From: Longimicrobiales bacterium
GTDB lineage: Bacteria; Gemmatimonadota; Gemmatimonadetes; Longimicrobiales; Gaopeijiaceae
Length of the DNA stretch: 64,000 nt
Assembly: GCA_041690395.1 (NCBI GenBank)
Contig: JAWLHJ010000003.1
Coordinates: 32,001-96,000, forward strand
Direction: 5' to 3'
Positions within the stretch are counted from its first letter, which is position 1, and each line of letters opens with the position of its first letter. A model generated the notes under the pieces. The model saw nothing but the letters and a program-made list of their open reading frames with translations, made no database searches and was not told the origin of the DNA. A program made the position numbers and the translations under genes. Of the stretch, positions 52,527-62,731 are shown piece by piece.

Positions 52527-53705
52527 TCAGCGCCCGCGCGCGGCGAAGTCGCGGAGCCGCTCGCCGGCCTCTCGGAGGGTGTCCTCCCGCTTGCAGAACA
52601 CGAAGCGCACCAGAGAACGGCCCGCGCCCTCCGAATGGTAGAAGCTCGAGCCCGGCACGGTGCCCACGCCGGCCTCGCGGATCAGGCGGCGCGCGAAGGT
52701 GAAGTCGTCTTCGTCGCTGATGGCGCTGAAGTCGGCCATGACGTAGTACGCGCCCTGTGGCATCGCGCACTGGAACCCGGCCTCGCGGAGGCCGGCGATG
52801 GTCACGTCGCGGCGGGCCCGGTACTCCTCGATCATGTCCGTGTAGTAGTCGCGCCCGAGCTGCTCGATGCCGACGGCGCACGCCTCCTGGAGCGGCGCGG
52901 CGGTCCCGACCGTGACGAAGTCGTGGATCTTCTGGATCCCCTCGGTGAGCGGGGCGGGGGCCACGATCGTGCCGATCCGCCACCCCGTCACGCTGTACGT
53001 CTTCGACATCCCGCTGATGGTGACGGTCCGCTCCGCCATCCCCGGAAGCGTCGCCAGCGGCACGTGCTCGCCCTCGTAGAGGATGTGCTCGTAGATCTCG
53101 TCGGTGATCGCGATGAGGTCGTGTTCGAGGCAGACGTCCGCAACGATCTGCAGGTCCTCGCGCCCGAACACCCGCCCGGTGGGGTTGTTGGGCGTGTTCA
53201 CGACGATGGCGCGCGTCTTCGGCGTGACCAGCGCGCGCAGGGCGTCGGCGTCGAGGTCGTAGGTGGGCGGGTCGAGCCGCAGGAAGACCGGCTTCGCCTG
53301 GGCGAGGAGCGTGTCCGGCCCGTAGTTCTCGTAGAACGGCTCGAAGACGATGACCTCGTCGCCCGGGTCGAAGAGCCCGAGCGCGACGCACGCCATGGCC
53401 TCGGTCGCGCCGCAGGTCACGGTGATCTCGCTCTCCGGATCGAAGTCGAGACCGTACCAGTCGCGGTACTTCTTCGCGAGCACCTCGCGCAGCTTGGGCG
53501 CGCCGCTGGTGATCGCGTACTGGTTCACGTCCCCGCGGATGGCGGCGCAGGCGGCTTCCTTCAGGACGTCGGGGGCGGGGAAGTCGGGCATCCCCTGGGC
53601 GAGGTTGAGCGCTCCGTGGCGTTCCGCCTCGTCGTTCAGCTCGCGGATGACGGACTCGCCGAGCGTACGGGTACGGAGCGCGATCTTCTGGAAGGACTTG
53701 GTCAT
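52527..53705 (-). CDS. Class I/II PLP aminotransferase (methionine/kynurenine aminotransferase-like)
   Basis: LNLAQGMPDF, TCGATEA, NTPNNPTG, TDEIYE, SKTYSVTGWRIG. Confidence 0.93.
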   Translation of the reverse strand: MTKSFQKIALRTRTLGESVIRELNDEAERHGALNLAQGMPDFPAPDVLKEAACAAIRGDVNQYAITSGAPKLREVLAKKYRDWYGLDFDPESEITVTCGATEAMACVALGLFDPGDEVIVFEPFYENYGPDTLLAQAKPVFLRLDPPTYDLDADALRALVTPKTRAIVVNTPNNPTGRVFGREDLQIVADVCLEHDLIAITDEIYEHILYEGEHVPLATLPGMAERTVTISGMSKTYSVTGWRIGTIVAPAPLTEGIQKIHDFVTVGTAAPLQEACAVGIEQLGRDYYTDMIEEYRARRDVTIAGLREAGFQCAMPQGAYYVMADFSAISDEDDFTFARRLIREAGVGTVPGSSFYHSEGAGRSLVRFVFCKREDTLREAGERLRDFAARGR

Positions 53706-53874
53706 GGCGTGCGCGGTCGGTCGGTGGAACGGCGCGTCGGGGGACGTGCCGCGGCGGGGAGGCAACGATGACTCAGGATGGGCGCGGAGGCAACCGCCGG
53801 ACCGGTGGGCCGTGGCCGGAGCGCGCGACCTGCGATACCATGCTCCGCACCCAACCCTTCCAAGGCAGGAATCC

Positions 53875-54783
53875 ATGCACGCAGCGCTGCGCACCCTCGT
53901 CACCATGGCCGCGGTCGGCACGGCCGCGCTGAGCGCGTCTCCTCTCGTGGCCCAGACCGAGGCGCCCCGGATCTTCATCTCGGTCGACATGGAGGGGCTC
54001 GGCGGCGTCGGGACGCCCGCCATGACGTCCTCGAGCGGCAAGGACTACGCGACCGGGCGGCGGCTCGCGACGGACGAGGTCACCGCCGTGACGGCGGCGA
54101 TCTACGAGCGCCATCCGGACGCGATCATCCTCGTGAACGACTCGCACGGAGACCACCAGAACGTGCTCCACACCGAGCTCGATCCGCGCGCGACCTACAT
54201 CCAGGGCTCCATCAAGCCACTCGGCATGGTCCAGGGGCTCGAGGCGGGCTTCGACGGCGCCATCTTCCTCGGATACCACGCCATGGCCGGCGACCCGGAG
54301 GGCTTCCTGGCCCACACCGGATCGGGCGCCGTGAAGGGCCTCTGGCTCAACGACGTGGAAGTCGGGGAAGGGGGGATGAACGCGGCGTTCGCGGGGAGTG
54401 TCGGCGTTCCGGTCGTGCTCGTGGCGGGCGACGAGGCGGCGACGCGCGAGCTCGGCGCTCTGGTGGACGGGGAGATGGTCACGACCAAGACGGCCGAGAC
54501 ACCTTCGTCCGCGCGACTCATCCACCCGGACCGGGTACACGAGGCGCTGCGGGAGGCGGCCGGCCGGGCCCTGGATGGCATCGAGCGCGGCGCCTACTCG
54601 CCGTGGGACGTCGGAACGCCCGTCCGCATTCGCATGAGATTCGCGAGCACGACGCACGTCGAGGTGCTGCAGTCGATCCCGGGCATGTCCAAGGTCGACG
54701 GGTTCACGGTCGCCTACACGGCGGTCGACGCCGACGAGGCGTATCGCCTGATCCGACTGATGTACCGTTTCGTCACCCCGTGA
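53875..54783 (+). CDS. M55 family D-aminopeptidase (DppA-like) with signal peptide
   Basis: ISVDMEG, NDSHG, GYHA, LAHT, VGE; signal peptide ending LVA|Q. Confidence 0.9.
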   Translation: MHAALRTLVTMAAVGTAALSASPLVAQTEAPRIFISVDMEGLGGVGTPAMTSSSGKDYATGRRLATDEVTAVTAAIYERHPDAIILVNDSHGDHQNVLHTELDPRATYIQGSIKPLGMVQGLEAGFDGAIFLGYHAMAGDPEGFLAHTGSGAVKGLWLNDVEVGEGGMNAAFAGSVGVPVVLVAGDEAATRELGALVDGEMVTTKTAETPSSARLIHPDRVHEALREAAGRALDGIERGAYSPWDVGTPVRIRMRFASTTHVEVLQSIPGMSKVDGFTVAYTAVDADEAYRLIRLMYRFVTP

Positions 54784-56057
54784 CCGACCGGGCGGTCCGG
54801 GGACCGACCGGGTCTGACGGACCGGTCGACCCGCCGGGGCGGTGGCTCCAGCTCGGGTTGATCTCGGCGGCGGTGCTGCTGTCGCTGTCGGCGTGGCTCA
54901 CGGCGACGGCCCTCGCACCGGAGCTCAGGGAGCGCTGGACGCTGTCGGCGAGCCAGGTCGGGTGGCTCACGACGGTCGTGCAGGTCGGCTTCGTGGTGGG
55001 GACGGCCGCCTCGGCACTGCTCAATCTCGCCGACGTTCTGCCGTCGCGCGTATACTTCTCGGCGTCGGCCGTCCTGGCGGCGGTCGCCAACGCGCTCCTG
55101 CTCCTGGTGCCGAGCTACGAAGCCGCGTTGGTCACCCGCTTCCTGACGGGGTTCTTCCTCGCGGGCGTCTACCCGCCGAGCATGAAGATGGTGGCGACGT
55201 GGTTCCGCGCGTCGCGAGGTCTCGCCATCGGAACGGTCGTGGGGGCCCTCACCGTCGGAAAGGCCATGCCCTACCTGATGAAGGCGTTCGGTGGCCCGGA
55301 GGCGACCACGGTCATCCTCGGCGCGTCGCTCGCGGGCGGCGTCGCCGGCCTGGTCGTGGGTGTGGGGTACAGGGACGGGCCGTTCCGCTTCGTGCGGCGT
55401 CCGTTCGCGTGGAGCCGCGTCGGCCGGATCGTGCGCCACCGACCGACGATGCTCGCCACCGGCGGGTATCTCGGGCACATGTGGGAGCTGTACGCGATGT
55501 GGTCGCTCATCGGCCTCTACTTCCTCGATCACTTCACGGCCCGCGGTCTCTGGAACGCGCAGCTGATCGCGTCGCTGGCGACCTTCGCGGTCATCGCCGC
55601 CGGGGGACTGGGCGCCGTGGTCGCCGGCCGCTGGGCCGACAGGTTCGGGCGGCCGCGGGTCACGATCGCGTCGATGGCGCTGAGCGGGCTGTGCGCCCTG
55701 ACCGTGGGTTGGATGGGGGCGAGCCCGAGTTGGCTCGTCTTCGCGGTCGCCGTGGTGTGGGGGGCGAGCATCGTGGCCGATTCGGCGCAGTTCAGCGCCA
55801 TCGTGACGGAGCGAGCGCCCGAGGACTCCGTAGGTACGGCGCTCACGCTCCAGACCATGGCGGGCTTTGCGCTCACGGCCGTGTCGATCCAGCTTACCAG
55901 CGCAATGGCGGATCGCCTGGGTTGGGGTCCCGCCTTTTCCCTGCTCGCCCTCGGGCCCGTGTGCGGCATCGTGGCGATGCGGCGACTGCAACCCGAGCGG
56001 GGGCACGGTGGTATGACGAGGTCGGATCCACCGGGAGCCGTCGGATTGAACCCGTAG
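54780..56057 (+). CDS. MFS transporter
   Basis: ~12 TM; RFLTGFFLAGVYPP, GYLGHMWELYAMW, GRWADRFGR, ADSAQFS. Confidence 0.9.
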   Translation: MTDRAVRGPTGSDGPVDPPGRWLQLGLISAAVLLSLSAWLTATALAPELRERWTLSASQVGWLTTVVQVGFVVGTAASALLNLADVLPSRVYFSASAVLAAVANALLLLVPSYEAALVTRFLTGFFLAGVYPPSMKMVATWFRASRGLAIGTVVGALTVGKAMPYLMKAFGGPEATTVILGASLAGGVAGLVVGVGYRDGPFRFVRRPFAWSRVGRIVRHRPTMLATGGYLGHMWELYAMWSLIGLYFLDHFTARGLWNAQLIASLATFAVIAAGGLGAVVAGRWADRFGRPRVTIASMALSGLCALTVGWMGASPSWLVFAVAVVWGASIVADSAQFSAIVTERAPEDSVGTALTLQTMAGFALTAVSIQLTSAMADRLGWGPAFSLLALGPVCGIVAMRRLQPERGHGGMTRSDPPGAVGLNP

Positions 56058-56072
56058 TCGAGGACCCAGCAG

Positions 56073-56450
56073 ATGACCATGAAGGTGAAGGTGTTGTTGA
56101 CCATGGCAGCGGTCGCGCTCCTCGGCGCCGCCGCCCCCGCCGCGACCCTGCACTTCGGGCTGGACCGCTCCGTTCCGGCCGCCGGGCAGTCCGTCGAGTC
56201 GCCCGCCGGCGTGACGCTGTGGTTCACCGAGGTGCCTCAGGACAACTCGATATCCATTCGCCTCGTCGACGCGCGCGGCGGCCTCGTGCCCTCGTCCGAG
56301 CCGCGCCAGGACGCGGAGGACGGCAGGCAGTTCCAGATCCGGCCCAGCGGCTCGCTCGAGCCCGGAGGCTATACGGTAGCCTGGCGGGGCATCGGCCAGG
56401 ACGGCCACACCGTGCGGGGTGACTTCGGCTTCACGGTGGTCGGGCGATAA
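56073..56450 (+). CDS. copC: Copper resistance protein CopC
   Basis: Signal peptide, mature His (HFGLDRSVP), YTVAWR..GQDGH..G.F.F.V. Confidence 0.88.
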   Translation: MTMKVKVLLTMAAVALLGAAAPAATLHFGLDRSVPAAGQSVESPAGVTLWFTEVPQDNSISIRLVDARGGLVPSSEPRQDAEDGRQFQIRPSGSLEPGGYTVAWRGIGQDGHTVRGDFGFTVVGR

Positions 56451-57358
56451 CGGGCTCCGCCACCGGCCCCGCTCTCGACGCGATCACGGGCTGGCTCCTC
56501 TTCGCAGCCATCCTGGGGGTCACCGGCGCGGTGATGCTGCGCTGGGTGATCATCCCCACGGTCGTGGCCAACGCGGCGCTTCCAGGACCGCGGCTTCGAC
56601 GCGCCGCTGCCCGCTTCGGCAGCTGGTGCGCGCTGCTCCTCCCGTCGGCCATGGCGCTGGTCTTCCTTCGGCAGCTGCTCGAGTTCCGCGATCCGTTCGT
56701 CCCCTGGCAAGACGACGCCCTCCTGCTGCTGACCGGGACGACGTGGGGACGCACGTTCATGGTCGGGGCGGCGCTCTCGTTGCTGCTTCCCATCGTGCTC
56801 TGGCTCGCGCGGACCGGGCGAGAGGCCGCGTGGCCGGTCGCGACCGCAGGGGTGCTCGCGCTGGGCGCGTTCCCCGCACTGACGGGGCACGCGGCCGCGG
56901 GTGAAGGCTTGATGCGCTTCTCCACGCTCGCCGCGGATACCCTGCACGTCTGGGCCGCGGGCGCATGGATGGGGGGATTGGCCGCGGTGCTCTTCGTGGA
57001 CCGGGCCGTCGCACGGAGCGGGGCCGACCCGCTCGAGGCGCTGGTGCGTGCGTTCTCTCCCGTGGCCATCGTGTCGGTCACCGTGTTGGTGGGCACCGGG
57101 CTTTTCGCCTCGTGGGTGCACCTTCCCACCATCTCGGCGCTCTGGACCGAACCCTACGGGAGGAGGTTGGCCTTGAAGCTCGGTCTGGTCGCCCTCGTCC
57201 TGGCGCTCGGATGGCTCAACTGGCGGCGCCGGACGCCGAAGCTCGCGGAGCCCGGAGGCTCTGCGGACCTGAGACGCTCGGCATGGTTCGAGCTGGCGGT
57301 CGCGCAGCTCGTTCTGTTGATTACCGCGCTCCTCGTGAGGACCCCTCCTCCGGGCTGA
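56447..57358 (+). CDS. copD: Copper resistance protein CopD
   Basis: LTGHAAA, LHVWAAGAWMGGL, FS.VA, YGRRL.LKL. The first TM lies upstream of the first canonical start (56531), so an ATA start at 56447 is inferred. Confidence 0.85.
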   Translation: MTGSATGPALDAITGWLLFAAILGVTGAVMLRWVIIPTVVANAALPGPRLRRAAARFGSWCALLLPSAMALVFLRQLLEFRDPFVPWQDDALLLLTGTTWGRTFMVGAALSLLLPIVLWLARTGREAAWPVATAGVLALGAFPALTGHAAAGEGLMRFSTLAADTLHVWAAGAWMGGLAAVLFVDRAVARSGADPLEALVRAFSPVAIVSVTVLVGTGLFASWVHLPTISALWTEPYGRRLALKLGLVALVLALGWLNWRRRTPKLAEPGGSADLRRSAWFELAVAQLVLLITALLVRTPPPG

Positions 57359-58997
57359 GCCCCGCGGGAGAGACGCGACGCTCCAGCGACCCGAGGATCG
57401 CGTCCACCAGAAGGGCCATGATGGCCGCCGGTATGGCGCCGGACAGGATCATCCAGGTGTCGGACAGGGCCAGCCCGGCGACGATGGGATCCCCGAGACC
57501 CCCGGCGCCGATGAACGCTGCGAGGGTCGCCGTGCCGACGTTGATGACGGCGGCCGTGCGCACGCCGGCCATGATGACCGGGGCGGCCAGTGGCAGGCGG
57601 ACGTGGCGCAGAAGCTGCCCTTCCGTCATCCCGAGCGCACGCGCCGAGCCCACCGCGGCCGGGTCGGCGTCGCGCACGCCGGTGTAGGTGTTTCGCACCA
57701 TGGGGAAGAGGGAGTACAGGAACAGCGCCGTGACGGCCGGCAGGACCCCGATGCCGAGCCAGGGGATCATGAACGCCAGCAGCGCGATGCTGGGGATCGT
57801 CTGCAGCGTGCCCACCCCGCGGATGACGCCCTCCGCCACGTCCCGGTGGCGCTCCAGGAACAGGCCGGTGGGTACCGCCACCACGAGGCCGGCGAACAGC
57901 GAGAGCCCGACGAGCAGGAAGTGCCGACGGGTCTCGGCGAGGGTGCTCCCCCTCCGGGCCCACAGGTAGCCCACGAACGATCGGTCGCGCCCGACCGAGG
58001 GCCCAGACGTGGCGCCCGACGCAACCCCGTCCACCAGCCCGATGTCTCGCAGCAGGTCGGCGGCGACGGTCGCGACCGGGACTCCGTCGAGCTCGACGCG
58101 GCGGTTGGCCGCACGCATGTCGGTGACCTCGATCCGACCGGAGAGCTCCGTGAGGGCGGCGATGGCCTCGGGGCGCTCACGCGCGAGCTCGGGACCGACC
58201 AGCGGGGCGGCGTCGTAGGGCGGGAAGAAGTCCCGGTCGTCCTCGAGCACCGTGAGACCGTACCGCGCGATGCCCCCATCGGTGGAGTACCCGTCGATCA
58301 CGTCCACCTCGCCCCCGACGAGGGCCTGGTACTTCACGGCCTGGAGGAGCGGACGGACCGAGCCGAACGACAGTCCGTAGGCCTCGCCGAGACCTTCCAG
58401 TCCGTCCGGCCGGCCGATGAAGTCGGGGCTGAGCCCGGCCACCATCGTCGAAGACACCTCCGCGAGGTCGGAGAGCGTCCGCAGCCCGAGCGAGTCGGCC
58501 GTCTCGGGTCGCACGGCGATGGCGTACGTGTTCTCGAAGCCGAGCGGGGGAAGCCATCGCACGCCCCAGCGCTCCGCGAAGGCTCTCGCCACGGTGCGGT
58601 AGGCCTCGCCTCCGTCGGTGGGCGGCTCCGCGCCGAGGATCGCAGTGAGCCCCGTGCCGGTGTACTCGGGGTAGACGTCGATCTCCCCGCTCCGGAGGGC
58701 GCCGAACGCGATCTCGGTGGCGCCCAGACCCGGCCTGCGCGTGACCGGCACGCCGCGGGCCTCCAGGAGCTGCGCGAAGATCTCTCCGAGGAGGTACGAC
58801 TCCGCGAACGGCTTGGTCGCGACCACGACGGCGCGCCCGACGTCCTCGCTCGCGACTTGTCCCCCCGGGGCGTCGGCACCCTGGGCCGCGAGGCCGCTCC
58901 CCCATCCGGACAGGGCCACGAGCGCGACACTCAGCCCTCCGAGTCGGAGCCCCGCCGAGGGGAGGGATGCGGGCCGTCCCGCCCATGTGCGCCTCAT
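57321..58997 (-). CDS. Betaine-type ABC transporter, fused substrate-binding + permease (OpuBC/EgtU-like)
   Basis: KPFAESYLLGE, DVYPEYTGT, GFENTYAIAV, YSTDG, FFPPYDA; C-terminal QTIPSIALLA, ARALGMT, IGAGGLG. Confidence 0.92.
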   Translation of the reverse strand: MRRTWAGRPASLPSAGLRLGGLSVALVALSGWGSGLAAQGADAPGGQVASEDVGRAVVVATKPFAESYLLGEIFAQLLEARGVPVTRRPGLGATEIAFGALRSGEIDVYPEYTGTGLTAILGAEPPTDGGEAYRTVARAFAERWGVRWLPPLGFENTYAIAVRPETADSLGLRTLSDLAEVSSTMVAGLSPDFIGRPDGLEGLGEAYGLSFGSVRPLLQAVKYQALVGGEVDVIDGYSTDGGIARYGLTVLEDDRDFFPPYDAAPLVGPELARERPEAIAALTELSGRIEVTDMRAANRRVELDGVPVATVAADLLRDIGLVDGVASGATSGPSVGRDRSFVGYLWARRGSTLAETRRHFLLVGLSLFAGLVVAVPTGLFLERHRDVAEGVIRGVGTLQTIPSIALLAFMIPWLGIGVLPAVTALFLYSLFPMVRNTYTGVRDADPAAVGSARALGMTEGQLLRHVRLPLAAPVIMAGVRTAAVINVGTATLAAFIGAGGLGDPIVAGLALSDTWMILSGAIPAAIMALLVDAILGSLERRVSPAGLSPEEGSSRGAR

Positions 58998-59758
58998 CGG
59001 ACCCGGGCCCGCGTGAGGAGCTCGTCGACGTAGGGCGTCTCCGGGCTGGCGAGGAGCGCCTCAGGAGGGCCGACCTGCTCCACGCGCCCCGCGCGCATCA
59101 CGGCCACCCGGTCGGCGAGCCGGAACGCCTCGTGCAGATCGTGCGTGACGAGCAGCGCGGTCAGGTCGAGCTCGGTCCGAAGCGCCGCGAACGTGTCCTG
59201 CACATCGGCCCGGGTGAGTGCGTCCAGGGCGCCGAACGGCTCGTCGAGGAGGAGGACGTCCGGGTCCGCGGCGAGCGCCCTGGCCAGAGCGGCGCGCTGA
59301 CGCTGTCCGCCGGAGAGCTGGCGCGGGTACCGCCCCGCGAAATCGTCCGGCGGGAGCCCGACGAGCTCGAGGCGGGCCCGCGCCCGTTCCATTGCGTCGG
59401 ACTGGTCGCGCAGCCAGGGAACCAGCGTGACGTTCCTGAGGATCGTCCAGTGCGGGAGGAGCCCGCCGTCCTGTTGGACGTATCCGAGCGACCGCCGGAG
59501 CGCCACGGCGTCCAGGGTCGCCACGTCACGTCCTCCGACCGAGACGGTGCCGGAGTCGGGCTCCACCATGCGGTTGAAGCAGCGGAGCAGGGTGGTCTTG
59601 CCCGAACCACTCTCACCGACCAACGCCACGATGGCACCCGCGGGAACCTCGAGGGACGCCTCGTCCAGCGCGCGGACCGCGGTCCCGTACGTCTTGACGA
59701 CGCCCGCCGCCCGGAGTGCCGGAGCGCGGTCGTCGTGCGGTCGGGGGCTACGGTCCAA
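58994..59758 (-). CDS. Betaine-type ABC transporter ATP-binding protein
   Basis: GESGSGKTT, LRRSLGYVQQ, LSGGQRQR, LLDEPFGALD. TTG start inferred. Confidence 0.92.
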   Translation of the reverse strand: MDRSPRPHDDRAPALRAAGVVKTYGTAVRALDEASLEVPAGAIVALVGESGSGKTTLLRCFNRMVEPDSGTVSVGGRDVATLDAVALRRSLGYVQQDGGLLPHWTILRNVTLVPWLRDQSDAMERARARLELVGLPPDDFAGRYPRQLSGGQRQRAALARALAADPDVLLLDEPFGALDALTRADVQDTFAALRTELDLTALLVTHDLHEAFRLADRVAVMRAGRVEQVGPPEALLASPETPYVDELLTRARVR

Positions 59759-59887
59759 GCGGAGACTCCGGGAACCGGGGAGACGGCGGGCGGATTCGCC
59801 CTGTCGCCGAGCGCCCGCTCGACGCTCGAGCGAGCGGCCTCTTAGGTTATCCTGTCGCCCCACGCACTTCCATCCCGCGGACCCGCC

Positions 59888-60844
59888 TTGATCGACCCCG
59901 TCATGCTCCAGGACGTCCTCGAAGGCCTGGAACAGCCGCAGAAGGAGCTTTCTCCGAAGTACTTCTACGACGCCACCGGATCGGCGCTCTTCGAGCGGAT
60001 CACGGAGCTCGAGGAGTACTATCCCACCCGCGCGGAACGCGCGCTCCTCGAGGGACGCGCCACGGAGTGGGTGCGGGAGCTTCGCCCCGGCTCCCTGGTG
60101 GAGCTGGGTGCCGGAAGCGCGGAGAAGTCGCGCGTGGTCCTTTCCGCGATGGAGGACGCCGCCACCGGGAATGTGTACGTGCCCGTGGACGTCAGCGGCG
60201 AGTTCCTGCACGAGACCGCGCGGAAGCTGCGCGCCGAGTACGAGGACTTCCGTGTCGAGCCGGCGGTGGTCGACATCTCCGAGCCGTTCGATCTGCCGAG
60301 CGACCTGCCGGGACCCACCTGGATCGCGCTGCTGGGGAGCACCATCGGGAACTTCCAGCCGACCGACGCCGTGAGGCTCCTGAAGCGGGTGCGGGGCCAC
60401 CTCGGCCCGGACGACCGTTTCCTCCTGGGCGTCGACCGGCGGCCGGGGCCCGGGAAGAGCGTGGAGCGCCTCGAACGGGCGTACAACGACGAGTCCGGGG
60501 TGACCGCCGCGTTCAACCTGAACGTTCTGCGGGTGCTGAACCGCGAGCTCGGCGCCGACTTCGACCTCGACGCCTTCGAGCATCGCGCGGTCTACGAGCC
60601 CACCCATCACCGGATCGAGATGCACCTCGTCGCACAGCGTCCCCAGGAGGTCGCGATCGGGGAGGCGCGCGTAACCTTCGAGGCGGGCGAATCCCTCCGC
60701 ACGGAGCTGAGCTGCAAGCACGACCGGGAGTCGGTGGACTCCATGCTCGAGGCCGCGGATATGGAGGTCGAGCGATGGGCTGAAGACGCCGACGGCACGT
60801 TCGCGTTGCTGTTGGCCGCTCCGGTGGAGCCTTCGTCGCGCTGA
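59888..60844 (+). CDS. egtD: L-histidine N-alpha-methyltransferase EgtD
   Basis: PKYFYD..GS.LFE.IT...EYYPTRAE, VELGAGS..K, LGSTIGNF, AYND..GVTAAFNLN, RIEMHL, RTELSCK. Confidence 0.92.
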   Translation: MIDPVMLQDVLEGLEQPQKELSPKYFYDATGSALFERITELEEYYPTRAERALLEGRATEWVRELRPGSLVELGAGSAEKSRVVLSAMEDAATGNVYVPVDVSGEFLHETARKLRAEYEDFRVEPAVVDISEPFDLPSDLPGPTWIALLGSTIGNFQPTDAVRLLKRVRGHLGPDDRFLLGVDRRPGPGKSVERLERAYNDESGVTAAFNLNVLRVLNRELGADFDLDAFEHRAVYEPTHHRIEMHLVAQRPQEVAIGEARVTFEAGESLRTELSCKHDRESVDSMLEAADMEVERWAEDADGTFALLLAAPVEPSSR

Positions 60845-60901
60845 CCCGGCGCTCGAGGGCAAGTCCTGCCCGAGGGCCCGACCGCGGCTCTTCAGCCGCC
60901 C

Positions 60902-61456
60902 CTACATCTTGGGGAGCGTCACTCCGACCTGCTTCATGTACTTGCCCTTGCGGTCCACGTACGCGATCTCCGGCTCCTCGTCGCCCTCGAAGAAGAGCAG
61001 CTGTGCGATGCCCTCACCCCCGTACACCTTGGCGGGCAGGGGCGTCGTGTTCGAGATCTCCAGCGTCAGGTATCCCTCCCACGTCGGCTCCAGCGGCGTG
61101 ACGTTCACGATCAGGCCGCAACGGGCGTAGGTCGACTTGCCGACGCACACCACCAGGACGTCGCGCGGAATCCGGAAGTACTCCTCGGTGCGGGCCAGCG
61201 CGAATGAGTTCGGCGGAATGATGCACTCCGGGCCGTGCACGTCCACGAACGACCGGTCGTCGAAGTTCTTCGGGTCGACGATGGCGTTGTGCACGTTCGT
61301 GAAGACCTTGAACTCCGGCGCCACGCGAATGTCGTAGCCGTAGGACGAGAGGCCGTAGGAGATCACCCCGTCGCGAACCTGGCCGGACTCGAAGGGCTCG
61401 ATCATCCCCGCCGTCTCGCACATGCGGCGAATCCACTTGTCACTCTTGATGGGCAT
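60902..61456 (-). CDS. dcd: dCTP deaminase
   Basis: [31 protein letters not shown]. Confidence 0.97.
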   Translation of the reverse strand: MPIKSDKWIRRMCETAGMIEPFESGQVRDGVISYGLSSYGYDIRVAPEFKVFTNVHNAIVDPKNFDDRSFVDVHGPECIIPPNSFALARTEEYFRIPRDVLVVCVGKSTYARCGLIVNVTPLEPTWEGYLTLEISNTTPLPAKVYGGEGIAQLLFFEGDEEPEIAYVDRKGKYMKQVGVTLPKM

Positions 61457-61603
61457 GGGACGGGGCGCTCCGGTGTCTCGTATGGGTGCGTCGGAGGCTC
61501 TTCAGCGAGCGCTCCGGCGTCAGGTCGGGCCGCCCAAGATATCCTCGATCGCGAACCAGGGGCAAACCCGGCCAAAAACGGGAAAAATCCGCCTCTCGTG
61601 CGG

Positions 61604-61633
61604 TTGACACCCCATCGCGGCGACGGGTACCTT
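61604..61633 (+). promoter_or_regulatory. Candidate nuo operon promoter
   Basis: TTGACA-18 nt-TACCTT, preceded by A-tracts. Confidence 0.55.
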
Positions 61634-61682
61634 CCTCCCGTCACACGGCTTCGTGAACGATTTCACAAACCCACGCGACCCC

Positions 61683-62039
61683 ATGTCGGGAGCATATCTC
61701 CCTCTCTTGCTTCTGTTCGGCGTCTCGGTGCTGAACGCCATCGGGATGGTCGTCACTTCGCACCTCCTGAATCCGCGCCGCGATACGCCCCAGAAGCTCA
61801 TGCCGTACGAGTCCGGCATGATCCCGCTCGGGACCACGCGGGCCCGCTTCTCCGTCAAGTTCTACATGGTGGCGATCAGCTTCATCGTTTTCGACCTGGA
61901 GACGATCTTCCTGATCCCCTGGGCGGTGCAGATGAGGGAGCTCGGTTGGGGTCCGTTCGTCGCGATGAGCCTCTTCGTGACGGTACTCGCCGTGGGACTT
62001 CTCTATGAATGGAAGAAGGGAGGTCTCGAATGGGACTGA
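61683..62039 (+). CDS. nuoA: NADH-quinone oxidoreductase subunit A
   Basis: [30 protein letters not shown]. Confidence 0.97.
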   Translation: MSGAYLPLLLLFGVSVLNAIGMVVTSHLLNPRRDTPQKLMPYESGMIPLGTTRARFSVKFYMVAISFIVFDLETIFLIPWAVQMRELGWGPFVAMSLFVTVLAVGLLYEWKKGGLEWD

Positions 62040-62731
62040 AAGACAAGCTGCCCGGGGTCGGGCCGGCTCCGACCTCCGGCGGAATATTCGGTGATGGCAG
62101 CCCGACGTTCCTGACCAGCAAGATCGACGCGATCGTGAACTGGGGGCGTCTCAACTCTCTGTGGCCCATGCCGTTCGGGACCGCGTGCTGCGCCATCGAG
62201 ATGATGGCGTCCGCGGCGTCCAACTACGACATCGCTCGCTTCGGCATGGAGCGCATGTCGTTCAGCCCGCGCCAGGCCGACGTGCTGATCTGCGCAGGCC
62301 GGGTGCCGTACAAGCTGGCTCCGGTGCTTCGCCGGATCTGGGACCAGATGCCCCAGCCCAAGTGGTGCATCTCGATGGGCGCCTGCGCGAGCTCCGGCGG
62401 CGTCTTCGACGTCTACTCGATGGTGCAGGGCATCGACACCATCGTCCCGGTGGACGTCTACATCCCGGGATGTCCCCCGCGTCCCGAGGGACTCATCTAC
62501 GGACTCATGATGGTCCAGGAGAAGATCCGGCAGGAGTCGCTCTCGAAGCACTTCGAGCATCGTGCCGAGGACGCGCTCCGGGTCGCTCAGCCCAGGGCGA
62601 ACCAGGAAGAGATCGTCGGGCTCACCGGACCGTTCGGGAACTCGACGCGTCAGGAGCGCCTGTCCAGCGGGCAGGTGCCGCGCGGAGAGACGCCCGAGGG
62701 CAAGCCTCGCCGGAACCCCATCTATGACTGA
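62030..62731 (+). CDS. nuoB: NADH-quinone oxidoreductase subunit B
   Basis: [33 protein letters not shown]. Confidence 0.97.
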   Translation: MGLKDKLPGVGPAPTSGGIFGDGSPTFLTSKIDAIVNWGRLNSLWPMPFGTACCAIEMMASAASNYDIARFGMERMSFSPRQADVLICAGRVPYKLAPVLRRIWDQMPQPKWCISMGACASSGGVFDVYSMVQGIDTIVPVDVYIPGCPPRPEGLIYGLMMVQEKIRQESLSKHFEHRAEDALRVAQPRANQEEIVGLTGPFGNSTRQERLSSGQVPRGETPEGKPRRNPIYD

